64,000 nt of DNA from an uncultured Candidatus Rokubacteria bacterium (lineage in GTDB: Bacteria > Methylomirabilota > Methylomirabilia > Rokubacteriales > CSP1-6), in the NCBI GenBank assembly GCA_963758635.1, contig CAVWWD010000008.1:1-64000 (forward strand), read 5' to 3'. Every line of letters begins with the position of its first letter. Positions within the stretch are counted from its first letter, which is position 1. Position numbers and translations under genes: made by a program. The notes beneath the pieces are model-generated. The model did not search any database. It was given only the letters and a program-made list of their open reading frames with translations, and was not told where the DNA came from. Shown here piece after piece: positions 30,496 through 40,397 of the stretch.

Positions 30496-32112
30496 TTAGC
30501 GCAGGGTGAAGCCGGCGTAGCCGGCGGCCGCCACCTGCTCGCAGCGCTCGCGGTACTTCGGGGCGCCGCCCGCGTAGACCAGGACCGAGCGGGTCTGCTT
30601 GCCCGCCACGTTCGAGTTCACGCCCATCATCCAGGAGTCGACCTGGGTGAAGAGCATGCGCCGCGCCATGTCGTGGACGTGCGCGGTCCACTCGTTCTCG
30701 GCCTCCGCGGTGGCCTCGACGCGGCTCCTGCCCGCGGCGCGCACGTGCCCAGGAGCGCGGTGACCCAGTCCACGTTCTGCTCGATGCAGCGGGGGATGTT
30801 GCAGAAGCTCGCCGCGTTGTGGGGACCGACCAGCGTGAACAGGTTGGGGAAGCCCGCGATCGAGAGCCCGAGGTAGGTGCGGGGGCCGCCCGCCCACTTG
30901 TCGCGGAGCCGCCGGCCTCCGAGGCCCCGGATGTCGATGCGATCGAAGGCCCCGGTGAGGGCGTCGAAGCCGGTGGCGAAGACGATCATGTCGAGGTCGT
31001 GGCGCGCGCCGCGGGTGGCGATGCCGGACGGCGTGATCCGCTCGATCGGAGTCTCGCGCAGGTCGACCAGGCGCACGTTGTCCTGGTTGAAGACCTCGTA
31101 GTAGCCGCTCTCCAGCGGCACGCGGCGGGTGCCGAAGCCGTGGTTGGTCGGGGTCAGCGTCGCCGCGACCCGCGGGTCCTTCACGCGCTCCCGGATCTTC
31201 CGGCGCATGAACTCGGTGATGGTGGCGTTGGCGTCGCCGTCGATCAGGATGTCCCGGAAGTTGCCCATCCAGATGCCGAAGCCCGGCTCGCCGTAGAGCT
31301 TCTCGTAGAAGGCCTCGCGCTCCTCGGCCGTCACCTCGAGGGCGTTCCGCGGGTCGGCCTGGTGGATGAAGCAGCCGAACGAGTCGCGGCAGACCGCGAA
31401 GATCTCCGGGTAGGTCGCCTTGATGCGCGCCTGGGTGGCGGCGTCGATCGGCGAGTTGCGGAGCGGCGCGCACCAGTTCGGCGTGCGCTGGAACACCGTG
31501 AGGTGCCCGACCGTCTTGGCCACCTCGGTGATCGCCTGGACACCGGTGGCGCCGGTGCCGATCACGCCGACCCGCTTGCCCGCGAAGGTCACCGGCTCGT
31601 GCGGCCACGCCGCGGTGTGGTAGGCCTCGCCGCGAAACGTCTCCACGCCGGGGATGGCCGGCATGGTCGGGGCCGACAGCGGCCCGATGGCGGTGATGAG
31701 GAACCGGCTCCGCGCGCGCCGGCCGTCCGTCGGTCTCGATCTCCCACGCGTTCGCCGCCTCGTCGTAGGCCGCGGACGCGATGCGGCTGTCGAACTCGAT
31801 GTCCCGGCGCAGGTCCAGCTTGTCGGCCACGAAGTTGCAGTAGCGCAGGGTCTCCGGCTGGGCGGAGAAGTGCTCGCTCCACTCCCACTCGCGCAGGATC
31901 TCCTCGGAGAAGGAGTAGCCGTAGGTCCAGCTCTCGGAGTCGAAGCGGGCCCCGGGGTACCGGTTCCAGTACCAGGTGCCGCCGACGTCGCCGCCGGCCT
32001 CGAAGACCCGGGCGCGGAGCCCGAGCTCGCGCAGGCGATGCAGCTGGTACATGCCGGAGAGCCCGGCGCCGATGACGATGACGTTGAACGGGTCGTGTGC
32101 GTCGCGGGTCAT
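30496..32112 (-). CDS. Baeyer-Villiger (cyclohexanone-type) flavin monooxygenase (two frameshifts)
   Basis: GAGLSG, GGTWYWNRYPGARFDSE, FRGEAYHTAAWP (FxGxxxHxxxWP), GTGATG, ATGFDA. Confidence 0.92.
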   Translation of the reverse strand: MTRDAHDPFNVIVIGAGLSGMYQLHRLRELGLRARVFEAGGDVGGTWYWNRYPGARFDSESWTYGYSFSEEILREWEWSEHFSAQPETLRYCNFVADKLDLRRDIEFDSRIASAAYDEAANAWEIETDGRPARAEPVPHHRHRAAVGPDHAGHPRRGDVSRRGLPHRGVAARAGDLRGQAGRRDRHRRHRCPGDHRGGQDGRAPHGVPAHAELVRAAPQLADRRRHPGAHQGDLPGDLRGLPRLVRLLHPPGRPAERPRGDGRGARGLLREALRRAGLRHLDGQLPGHPDRRRRQRHHHRVHAPEDPGAREGPAGRGDADPDQPRLRHPPRAAGERLLRGLQPGQRAPGRPARDSDRADHAVRHRHPRRAPRPRHDRLRHRLRRPHRGLRSHRHPGPRRPAAPRQVGGRPPHLPRALDRGLPQPVHAGRSPQRGELLQHPPLHRAERGLGHRAPGHVRAAGRSRVEATAEAENEWTAHVHDMARRMLFTQVDSWMMGVNSNVAGKQTRSVLVYAGGAPKYRERCEQVAAAGYAGFTLR

Positions 32113-32119
32113 GTGGCGA

Positions 32120-32149
32120 ACGATAGACGGGGCTCCGCGACCCCGTCAA
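32120..32149 (-). promoter_or_regulatory. Putative sigma70 promoter of a leaderless BVMO transcript
   Basis: TTGACG-N18-TATCGT-N7-ATG on the minus strand. Confidence 0.5.
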
Positions 32150-33893
32150 GGCGCGTATTGGGGGTGATAGTTTACTTACGGCCTAAGGGTGTAAGGAGGG
32201 ATTATGGTGTATCGTGGTCGTTTGCGGCTGTGCGTGCGCTGGTGGCGCCGTGTTGGTATTTTCGTGTATGCGTGGAGGGTCGCTATCGTAGCGTTACGTC
32301 AAGTGTATTAAGTTTGGATGCGTTTGTGTTGAGTGGTTTGTGCGTGGTATGGGTTGTACTACAGCCTCACGTGTATTGTGGGGTGTTGTACGTTTTCGCG
32401 CCTCGTCCGGTCGCGCTGGCAGCGCTGGGCGGCGTAGATCGCGCCGGGCGTATTTCCGGGCCGCGTCGATGCCTTCTGGAGGCCTGTGAGTATTGGGCCT
32501 ATGCCGAACTGACGTGGATTCCGCGACCGACGCGCCGAAAGGTGTTTTTAGGTGTTTGTATGATGTAAGTTGTGTGTATATCTATGCGCTGTAGGTTTTG
32601 TTGTTGTGTGTTGTGGGATTTCGAGGTGATAGAGTGTGTGTTTTGTGTGAGGTGTTGTGTGTGTGTTGTGTGTTGTGAGTAACGTATTATTGCGTATATT
32701 CGGACGCCGGCGGCGGTCCGTTGTCGTGCCCGGCTGCGGCGCCCAGGCGCGCCACTCGACCGCCGGACAAGACGGTGATGAGCGTCCTGGTTTTGTTGTG
32801 TATTGAGTGTGTGTTTTTTATTGTGTTTTTTGTGTGTTGTGTTTTTGTTTGTGTGATGTGTTGTTTGTTTTGATTTTTTTTTGTTGTGTTTGTGTTGTTG
32901 TGTATGTTGTGTTTTGTTGTTGTTTTTGTTATTTTTTAGGATGTTTTTGATTTTGTGTGTGATTTGTTTGTTGTGTTTGTTTTTATTTAGTATGTGTATT
33001 GTGTGTTTGTAGTTTTGTGTTGTGATATTGTTTTAGTTGATTGTGATGTTGTGTTGGTGTTTGTTGTTACGTTTGTTGCGTAGTTTATGTTGTATTTTGT
33101 TTTGTATGTTATGTGTGTGTTTTTGTGTGTTTCGTAGTTGTATGGGTGTTTTGTTTAGTATTTTGATGTTTTGTTTTAGTTGTGTGAGGTTATTTTTTGT
33201 ATGTTGTGTAGTGTGTAGGGGTGTGACGTTGAGGGTATTTTTGTGTGTGATGTGGGTTCGGTCACCTACTCGGCGGCCATCGAAAGCGCCGCCCAACGCG
33301 ACATCGACGCGACCCCCAGCGCCTTTGCCGTCCGGGTCGCGTGGCAGGCTGAGCGGCCCGGCTCGACCGGGCCGCTGGCCGCTGGCCCTCGCTGACGGCG
33401 AACCGTGACGGGAAGATGCCCCGACCACTCGCGCGTGTAGATCGTCGATCGCTACCATGCCAAGCAGCATCTCTCGGACGTTGCCAAGGCTCTCTACGGG
33501 TCGACGAGCGCTCGGGCCTAGACGTGGGCTCGGGCCCGGCACGAGGAACTGGACTCCGGCGCTCTCCCTGCTCTCCTGCGCGCTCTCCGCGCCCATGCCA
33601 TGACCCACGATGAGGCCCGCAAGTGCCTCGAGTACGTTGCGCGCAACCGCGAGCGCCTGCGCTATCCCGCTTTTCGGGTGGCGGGGCTGTGCACCTCCAC
33701 CGGTGTCGTGGAAGCTGGCTGCAAGGTCGCTATCGGCACCCGGTGCAAGCGGGCGGGCATGCACTGGACGGTGGCCGGCGCCGTCGCCATCATCGCTCTG
33801 CGGTGCTGCAAGCTCAGTGGTCGCTTCGAAGAGTTCTGGGAGTGTCGAATTGTTGCCGCCGTATGATCTATCTCATAATTTTGAAGTGCGCCC
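32150..33893 (+). mobile_element. ISKra4-family element (DUF6788-like ORF plus transposase), 5' part T-converted and 3' part frameshifted
   Basis: GSVTYSAAIESA, DRYHAKQHLSDVAKALYG, RLRYPAFRVAGLCTSTGVVEAGCKVAIGTRCKRAGMHWTVAGA..IIALRC; right end ...ttttgaagtgcgccc. Confidence 0.8.
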
Positions 33894-33937
33894 GCGTGCG
33901 CGCCGCCCGGGCTTCGACCGGCCGCCGGGCGCGGCGC

Positions 33938-34966
33938 TCAGAACTCCCAGCCCACGCCCACGATGATGCGCGTGTCGTCCTTCTTGCGTCCGGGCGCCGG
34001 CGTGTTGTCGTGGCTCCACTCGACGCGGAAGTCCGCGAAGAAGCCCTTGTACACCGTGGCGCGGATGCCGGCGACGATGTTCAGCAGGTAGTCCTCCGTG
34101 AAGTCCTCGAGGCTCGGCAGGTACTCGAGGGTGTGGTAGAGCTTGAGCCGGCCGGGGATCGGGGACCAGTCCACCGCGTAGGCGAGCCGCCCGGCGATGA
34201 AGTCGTTTTCCCGGTCGTTCTCGTACCTCTCGTAGACCCAGCCGATGCCCACCTCGGTGAGGAGGTTGAACGTGGGGCCCTCGAACCACTGGTAGCCCAC
34301 CCCGACGCTGGGCGCGAAGCGGAACTCGAGGTCAGCGACGCCGTCGTGCTCGAGCTTGACCAGCCCGTAGACGTAGAACTTCCTGGTGAAGAAATGGTCG
34401 TACTTGGCGAAGGCCATCCCGTAGTCGGTGGTGGTGCTCTCCTCGCCGGTGTCCTGGTCCTCCTGCCTGCCGTACGCGTAGTCGGCGCCCAGGGTCAGGC
34501 GGTCACTCTCCCAGCGCTTGCCCAGTCGCGAGGTGAAGCCGATCTGCGTGGTCTCCGAGTTGCCGGACGTGAAGAGGCCGTTCAGGGCGAGCGAGCCCGT
34601 CCACTCCAGGGACGGCACGTTGATCGCGGTGATGTCCGTGATCGGCAGCGGCTGGGGCGGCGTGTCCGGCGTCATCTGCGCCTGCACCTCACCCGCCGCC
34701 GGCCCCGGCGCGATCTTCGAGTCGACCTGGGCCTTCTCGCCCACGCGGAGGCGGACGGGGTCGTCGGAGGAGAACGTGCGCACCTTGGCGAGGTCGATCG
34801 TGATCTCGCCCGCCGCGTCGGTCTTGAGGACGAGCTTGCCGCCGGCCGCGCTCACGATCTTGCCGGTGAGCCGGTCGCCGTTCAGGAAGATCACCTCGTC
34901 CGCGGCGGCCGGGCTCGTGAGCGCCAGCACGGCCGCCAGCATCATCCAGCTCAGGACGGGTCGCAT
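33938..34966 (-). CDS. DUF481/YdiY family outer-membrane beta-barrel protein
   Basis: Signal peptide, DEVIFLNGDRLTGKI, WTGSLALNGLFTSGNSET, C-terminal VGVGWEF; RBS gaggagg. Confidence 0.85.
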   Translation of the reverse strand: MRPVLSWMMLAAVLALTSPAAADEVIFLNGDRLTGKIVSAAGGKLVLKTDAAGEITIDLAKVRTFSSDDPVRLRVGEKAQVDSKIAPGPAAGEVQAQMTPDTPPQPLPITDITAINVPSLEWTGSLALNGLFTSGNSETTQIGFTSRLGKRWESDRLTLGADYAYGRQEDQDTGEESTTTDYGMAFAKYDHFFTRKFYVYGLVKLEHDGVADLEFRFAPSVGVGYQWFEGPTFNLLTEVGIGWVYERYENDRENDFIAGRLAYAVDWSPIPGRLKLYHTLEYLPSLEDFTEDYLLNIVAGIRATVYKGFFADFRVEWSHDNTPAPGRKKDDTRIIVGVGWEF

Positions 34967-35204
34967 GAGTGCCTCCTCGCGTGGGTGGTCCGTGGAGTGG
35001 AGGTGGAAGCGCCACCGCGTGGACCATGGCCGCGCCGCGGCGTGGGACACAATGGGACCGAGGTCCCATGCCGCCGCCGTGGAGGGACGCCTTCGACGTG
35101 GGGCTGGCCGACCGGCCCCGGATTGTAGTAGGAGATCACGGTGCGGTGAACGAGCTCCCACCGGAGCGCGACGCGGCGCTCCCACGCGAAAGGAGACGCG
35201 GCCG

Positions 35205-35639
35205 ATGACCAGGATCCTGGTGATTCACGGGGCGGGCATGAGCATGCGCGGCAAGGCGCAGGTGGACATCTTCGGGCCCATGACGCTGCCCGAATACGAC
35301 ACGGCCATCCGCGGCTACGCGAAGGCCCTGGGCGTGGAGGTCGAGATCTTCCACTCGAACGTCGAGGGCGAGGTGATCAACCGGCTCTACGCCGCCCACG
35401 ACGACACGGCGATCGACGCCGCGATCATCAACCCGGACGGCTTCACCCGCGGCTATCCCGCGCTGGTCGCGGCCATCGGCCGGGTGCGCTATCCGACCAT
35501 CGAGGTCCACATGTCCAACCCGGCGCGGCGCGGGACGTCGTCCGACGTGGCCACGGCGAGCCGTGGCACGGTGACGGGCTTCGGCATCGTCGGCTACGAG
35601 CTCGCCATCCGCGGCCTCAAGGCGCTGGTCGAGAAATAG
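35205..35639 (+). CDS. Type II 3-dehydroquinate dehydratase-like protein (divergent)
   Basis: ILVIHG, HSNVEGEVIN, IINP, IEVHMSN, GTVTGFGIVGYELA; lid motif non-canonical. Confidence 0.8.
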   Translation: MTRILVIHGAGMSMRGKAQVDIFGPMTLPEYDTAIRGYAKALGVEVEIFHSNVEGEVINRLYAAHDDTAIDAAIINPDGFTRGYPALVAAIGRVRYPTIEVHMSNPARRGTSSDVATASRGTVTGFGIVGYELAIRGLKALVEK

Positions 35640-35667
35640 CGCCCCCGCCCGGGGGGCGGGCCGACGC

Positions 35668-36801
35668 GTGCGCATCGGCATCATCGGGGGCGGGCCCGCC
35701 GGGCTCTACTTCGCCCTGCTCATGAAGCGGCGGGACGCCCGCCACGAGATTCGCGTGGTGGAGCAGAACCCTCCCGGCGCGACCTACGGGTGGGGGCTCG
35801 TCTTCGCCGCGCCGACCCTCCGCATGCTCGCGGAGAGCGACGCCGGGTTCCACGCGGACCTCCGGGCGGACTGCATGGAGCTGGACACGATGGAGATCGG
35901 CCATCGGGGCGCCCGGGTCCCCGTCCGGGGCAACCGCTGGGCGCGGATCTCACGCATCGCGATGCTGGACACGCTCCGGCGCCACTGCCTCCGCGAGGGC
36001 GTCGAGATCGAGTTCGAGTCGCGGGCGGAGGACGTTGACCGCTTCGATGGGCACGACCTCGTCGTGGTCGCCGACGGCGTGGCCAGCGCCATCCGCGCCC
36101 GGCACACCGACTGGTTCGAGCCGTCCTTCGAGCGCTTCCGCAACAAGTTCGCCTGGTACGGCACCACGGCCCTCATCCCGGCGCTGTCGCTCCTCTTCCG
36201 CGAGAACGCCGACGGCATCTTCATCGCCCACTGCTACCAGTACAGCCCGACGCACAGCACTTTCCTGGTCGAGTGCGCCCCCGAGGCCTGGGAGCGCGCC
36301 GGGCTCGATCGCATGAGCGACGAGGAGAGCCGGCGGTACTGCGAGGAGGTGTTCCGCGACGATCTCGGCGGGCAGCCGCTCTACTCGAACCGGTCCGCCT
36401 GGTTCAACGCCACGATCATCCGCAACCGGCGCTGGAGCCACGGCAACGTGGTGCTGCTGGGGGACGCGCTGCGCACCGTCCACTTCTCGATCGGGTCCGG
36501 CACGCGCATGGCGCTCCAGGACGCCATCGCCCTGGCCGACGCGGTCGGCCGGAGCGGCGACGCCGTTCCCGCCGCGCTCGACCTGTTCGCGCGGAGCCGG
36601 CGCCCCGGCTCGGACGACTTCCAGGACTCGGCGGTGAGGAGCATCCGCTGGTACGAGAACGTGGCCGAGATCTTCCACCTGGACCCGCTCGCCTTCGCCT
36701 ACAGCTACTTCACGCGGACCGGTCGCGTCTCGCACGAGGACCTCCGCCGCGCCGATCCGGCGTTCATCGCGGCGTACGAGGCGGTCCACGGGCGCCCGTG
36801 A
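35668..36801 (+). CDS. FAD-dependent monooxygenase (salicylyl-CoA 5-hydroxylase N-terminal type)
   Basis: IGGGPAGLY, TYGWGLVF, VADG, LLGDALRTVHFSIGSGTRMA. Confidence 0.88.
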   Translation: MRIGIIGGGPAGLYFALLMKRRDARHEIRVVEQNPPGATYGWGLVFAAPTLRMLAESDAGFHADLRADCMELDTMEIGHRGARVPVRGNRWARISRIAMLDTLRRHCLREGVEIEFESRAEDVDRFDGHDLVVVADGVASAIRARHTDWFEPSFERFRNKFAWYGTTALIPALSLLFRENADGIFIAHCYQYSPTHSTFLVECAPEAWERAGLDRMSDEESRRYCEEVFRDDLGGQPLYSNRSAWFNATIIRNRRWSHGNVVLLGDALRTVHFSIGSGTRMALQDAIALADAVGRSGDAVPAALDLFARSRRPGSDDFQDSAVRSIRWYENVAEIFHLDPLAFAYSYFTRTGRVSHEDLRRADPAFIAAYEAVHGRP

Positions 36802-37018
36802 GCCGAGACGGCGACGCACGGCGCGGGGGAGCCGTCACCGGCCGCGGCGTCGGGCGGGAAGGGGCGGGGGTGCCATCCCGTCTTGCTCACCGCCCGCCGG
36901 TCGGTCCGCTCGGAACTCCCCGAAAATGCTGGGCGGCGACCACGGCCGTCCCGAACGGCCCCGCAATGTGCGATTGCAGGGCGTCCGGCAACTCCCTGTT
37001 TCCTTTCATCCTCGGACC

Positions 37019-37033
37019 TGGCGAGTCTCTTGC
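37019..37033 (+). promoter_or_regulatory. Putative sigma54 (-24/-12) promoter
   Basis: TGGCGAGTCTCTTGC (GG-N10-GC), ending 48 bp before the acyl-CoA dehydrogenase ATG. Confidence 0.5.
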
Positions 37034-37081
37034 GACGGCGATGCCGAGAAGCAGGCATCCCGACCAGGAGGAAGGGGAAAC

Positions 37082-38266
37082 ATGGCCATCACGACCGCGA
37101 AGGACACGGTGCTGACGGATCCCATGCTCGCGCGCTTCGCCGAGCGCGCGCCGCGCTACGACGAGGAGAACCGGTTCTTCGCGGAGGACTTCGAGGATCT
37201 CCGCGCCGCCGGCTACCTCACCATCGCGGTGCCGAAGGAAATGGGGGGCGGCGGGCTCACGCTCGCCGAGGTCGCGCACGAGCAGCGGCGGCTCGGATAC
37301 CACGCGCCGGCCACCGCGCTCGGCATCAACATGCACATCTACTGGACGGGGGTCGCCGCCGACCTCTGGCGCTCCGGCGACCGCTCGCTGGAGTGGCTGC
37401 TGCGGGACGCGGCGCGGGGCGAGGTCTTCGCGGCGGGCCACGCCGAGTCCGGCAACGACCTGCCGCTCCTCCTGTCCACCACCCGCGCGGAGCGCGTGAA
37501 GGGCGGCTATCGCTTCCACGGCCGGAAGTCGTTCGGCAGCCTCACCCCGGTGTGGACGCAGCTCGGCGTGCACGGCATGGACACGAGCGACCCCACCGCC
37601 CCCAAGATCGTCCATGCGTTCATGGGCCGGGCCGCCGAGGGCTATTCGATCAAGAACACCTGGGACGTGCTCGGGATGCGCGCCACCCAGAGCGAGGACA
37701 CGGTGCTGGAGGGCGTGTTCGTGCCGGACAGCCGCGTGGCCCGCGTGGTGCCGGCGGGCGCGGCCGGCATCGACGCGTTCGTGATCGGCGTCTTCGCCTG
37801 GGCGCTGCTCGGCTTCGGCAACATCTACTACGGGCTGGCGCGGCGGGCGTTCGACTGGACGATCGCGAACGTCAAGACCAAGACCGCGCTCGCCCTGTCG
37901 CGCTCCATGGCGTATCACCCGGAGGTCCAGCACGCCGTGGCCGAGATGGCGCTCGAGCTCGAGGCCATCGAGCCCCACCTGGACCGCGTGTGCGACGACT
38001 GGTCGCGCGGCGTGAACCACGGCGCCGCGTGGGGCGCCAAGATCGTCGCCGCCAAGTGCCGGGCCACGGAGGGGGCGTTCCGGGTCGTGGACACCGCCCT
38101 CGACGTGGCGGGCGGCTTCGGCATCTTCCACCGCTCGGGCCTCGAGCGCATGTTCCGCGACGCGCGCCTGGGCCGGATCCATCCCGCGAACGGCTTCCTC
38201 ACGCGCGAGCTGGTGGCCAAGACCGCGCTCGGGATCAACCCGGACGAGCAGCCGCGCTGGGGCTGA
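37082..38266 (+). CDS. Acyl-CoA dehydrogenase family protein
   Basis: VPKEMGGGG, ALGINMH, GRKSFGS, WDVLGMRATQS, LERMFRDARLGRIHP. Confidence 0.9.
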   Translation: MAITTAKDTVLTDPMLARFAERAPRYDEENRFFAEDFEDLRAAGYLTIAVPKEMGGGGLTLAEVAHEQRRLGYHAPATALGINMHIYWTGVAADLWRSGDRSLEWLLRDAARGEVFAAGHAESGNDLPLLLSTTRAERVKGGYRFHGRKSFGSLTPVWTQLGVHGMDTSDPTAPKIVHAFMGRAAEGYSIKNTWDVLGMRATQSEDTVLEGVFVPDSRVARVVPAGAAGIDAFVIGVFAWALLGFGNIYYGLARRAFDWTIANVKTKTALALSRSMAYHPEVQHAVAEMALELEAIEPHLDRVCDDWSRGVNHGAAWGAKIVAAKCRATEGAFRVVDTALDVAGGFGIFHRSGLERMFRDARLGRIHPANGFLTRELVAKTALGINPDEQPRWG

Positions 38267-38317
38267 GGGGCACGCCGGACGCGAGCGGCTGGCGCCCCGC
38301 GCGCCGGCGCGCCAGGG

Positions 38318-38353
38318 GAGGGGTCGGGCCTTCGGGCTCGGCCCCCTCTTCTT
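38318..38353 (+). terminator. Intrinsic terminator-like hairpin
   Basis: gaggggtcgggcc-ttcg-ggctcggccccctc followed by ttctt. Confidence 0.55.
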
Positions 38354-38526
38354 GCGAGGGTGACCTCCTCGCGGTCGGGCCGCCAAAGGCGTTCGCGTGC
38401 CGAAGACGGTCAGCACGTTCCCGCGGGAACGTCGCAGCGCCTGGCGTTGTGGCGCCACCTCCGGGGTTGGGTTGACAGCCCGCCCGGCACTCGGCTACCA
38501 ACCATCGAGGGAGGCGGAGGAGATCG

Positions 38527-38880
38527 ATGACCATCGACGCCGAGGGCCAGGGGCAGCCGTCCGTCGTGGTGCCGCTCGCCGCGATCCCGGAGGGCCGCGG
38601 CCTCGTCGTGCGCGCCGACGACGGCCGGCGCGTGGCGATCTTCCGGGTGGGCGCGGCGGTGCACGCGATCGACGACGCGTGTCCGCACCAGAGCGCGTCG
38701 CTCGGGGAGGGCAAGCTCTTCGGCAAGGTCGTCGAGTGCCCGCGCCACGGCTTCCTGGTCGACGTCACGTCGGGCTAGTGCCCGACCCATCCCTTGCTGC
38801 GGGCGCGCTGCTACGAGGCGACGGTCCAGGGCGACGCGGTGCGCGTCGTCCTGCCCCCGGCGGGCGCGCCGGGGCGCTGA
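38527..38880 (+). CDS. Rieske [2Fe-2S] ferredoxin with an in-frame TAG at 38776
   Basis: CPHQ...CPRHG motifs; the frame continues after TAG (CPTHPLLRARCYEATVQGDAVRV) to TGA at 38880. Confidence 0.8.
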
Positions 38881-38899
38881 CCCTCGCGGTTCCGGCCTC

Positions 38900-40303
38900 T
38901 CAGGCCGCGGCCTGGAGCACCGCCTGCGCGGCCCGGAGCTCCGGCGCGTCGGGCGCGAACCCGGTGTCCCGGGCCCGCAGCACGAGCTGCCGGCAGGCTT
39001 GCCGCTGGAGCGCGGACTCGCCGGTGCGCTCGTAGGCCCAGGCCAGCGCGGCCAGCGACTGCACGTGGTAGGGGTTGGCGAGCAGCCGCTGCTGGGCCAG
39101 GGCGATGACGTCCGCGGCGCGGCCCAGCCTTCGGTGCAGCTCCATGAAGACGTCCAGGAAGATGTCCTTCTGCTCGCGGCTGCCCCCGCCCATCGTGTGG
39201 ATCCGCGCGACCGCCGGCGCCATGAGCGTGACGGCGCGCTCGAGGTCGCCCGCGATCATGGCCAGCTCGCCCTCGAGCAGGCCGGCGCCGAGCGTGGACC
39301 ACTGGCCGCTCGCGCGCCCCTCGGGCAGGCGGCGAAGCCGCTCCACCTGCGCGCGGGCGCGCGCGGGGTCGCCGGCGCGGGCGAAGGCCACGCCGATCCA
39401 GTGGTGCATCCACGTGGTCTGGAAGTCGGCGTGCGCGAGCACGCGCTCGGCCTGACGGGCGAGGTCGCGCCAGACGGCGTCGTCCGGCGTCGCGTGGCGC
39501 AGCACCTCGAGGCGCCAGAGCAGCTCGATCCGCTCGTAGAGCGGAAGCGCGGGCGTGCTCGACGCCCAGTAGTCGCGCGTCATGCGGTCGTGGCCCAGGA
39601 TGGCCTGCGCCTCGGCCAGGTGCCACAGCACGTGGGCGTAGCGCTCGAGCGAGGCGGCGCGCTCGAAGGTCTCGAGCATGTTCCGGTAGTCGCCGCGCGC
39701 CTGATAGGCGTGGCCCACCGCGTGGTAGGTGTAGAGGCTCGTCGGGTCGCGGGCGAGCGAGCGCAGGCTCATCTCGAGGCCCTCGTCGTTGTAGCCCGAT
39801 TGCTCCAGGAAGAAGCCCAGCATGGTCTCGTACTGCGGCTCGCCGGGATCGGCCTCGAGGCTCGTGCGGGCGATGTCGATGCCGCCGCGGTAGTGCCCCT
39901 GCGTGATGCAGTTGAGGCCGACCAGGCGCACGGCGATGCGGTCGGTGGGATGGCGCGACACGACCTCGCCCAGGATCTCGTAGGCCGCGAGCGGCTCGCC
40001 GCGCGAAAAGGCGAGGACGGCGTCGACGTGCCGGCGCTCGCGCTCGGTCCGCGCGGACTCCGCCGCGCGCGCGGCGTGCTTGGCCGATGCGTCCGCCAGG
40101 TCCACGCGGCCCATGCGCCAGGCGATGTACGCGCGCGTGCAGTGCGCGAGCGGGAAGCCGGGATCGCGCTCCGCCGCCGCGTCGAGCGCCTCGATCGCGC
40201 CGCCGCGCCAGCGCAGGAACAGGTCCACGGCGCGCTCGTAGGCGCCGAGCGCGTCCGACGACGACGTGGACACCGGTAGCCCTTTGACATCCGCGTAGGT
40301 CAT
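38900..40303 (-). CDS. TPR protein (TTC38-like)
   Basis: DVKGLPVST, YHAVGHAY, GGGSREQKDIF. Confidence 0.75.
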   Translation of the reverse strand: MTYADVKGLPVSTSSSDALGAYERAVDLFLRWRGGAIEALDAAAERDPGFPLAHCTRAYIAWRMGRVDLADASAKHAARAAESARTERERRHVDAVLAFSRGEPLAAYEILGEVVSRHPTDRIAVRLVGLNCITQGHYRGGIDIARTSLEADPGEPQYETMLGFFLEQSGYNDEGLEMSLRSLARDPTSLYTYHAVGHAYQARGDYRNMLETFERAASLERYAHVLWHLAEAQAILGHDRMTRDYWASSTPALPLYERIELLWRLEVLRHATPDDAVWRDLARQAERVLAHADFQTTWMHHWIGVAFARAGDPARARAQVERLRRLPEGRASGQWSTLGAGLLEGELAMIAGDLERAVTLMAPAVARIHTMGGGSREQKDIFLDVFMELHRRLGRAADVIALAQQRLLANPYHVQSLAALAWAYERTGESALQRQACRQLVLRARDTGFAPDAPELRAAQAVLQAAA

Positions 40304-40397
40304 GCCGAGCCCTCCCGCGTGCGAGTATGCCCCGGGCTGCCCGCCGTGGGCCAGCCTCGACGCGCCGGTGGATGCGTCGCGCGCGCGCGGCGCCGGA

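Noticed and set aside
16609..32112. Many frameshifted genes as mass pseudogenisation or programmed frameshifting
   Set aside because: Single indels in GC runs within otherwise intact, stop-free genes are best explained by long-read consensus errors
33033..33408. Cys/Val/Phe-rich (+) and Asn/Lys/Thr/His-rich (-) ORFs as novel proteins
   Set aside because: They are translations of the T-converted ISKra4 tract, not real coding sequences
38776..38778. Pyrrolysine recoding
   Set aside because: No pyl genes in the window, and the position is non-catalytic
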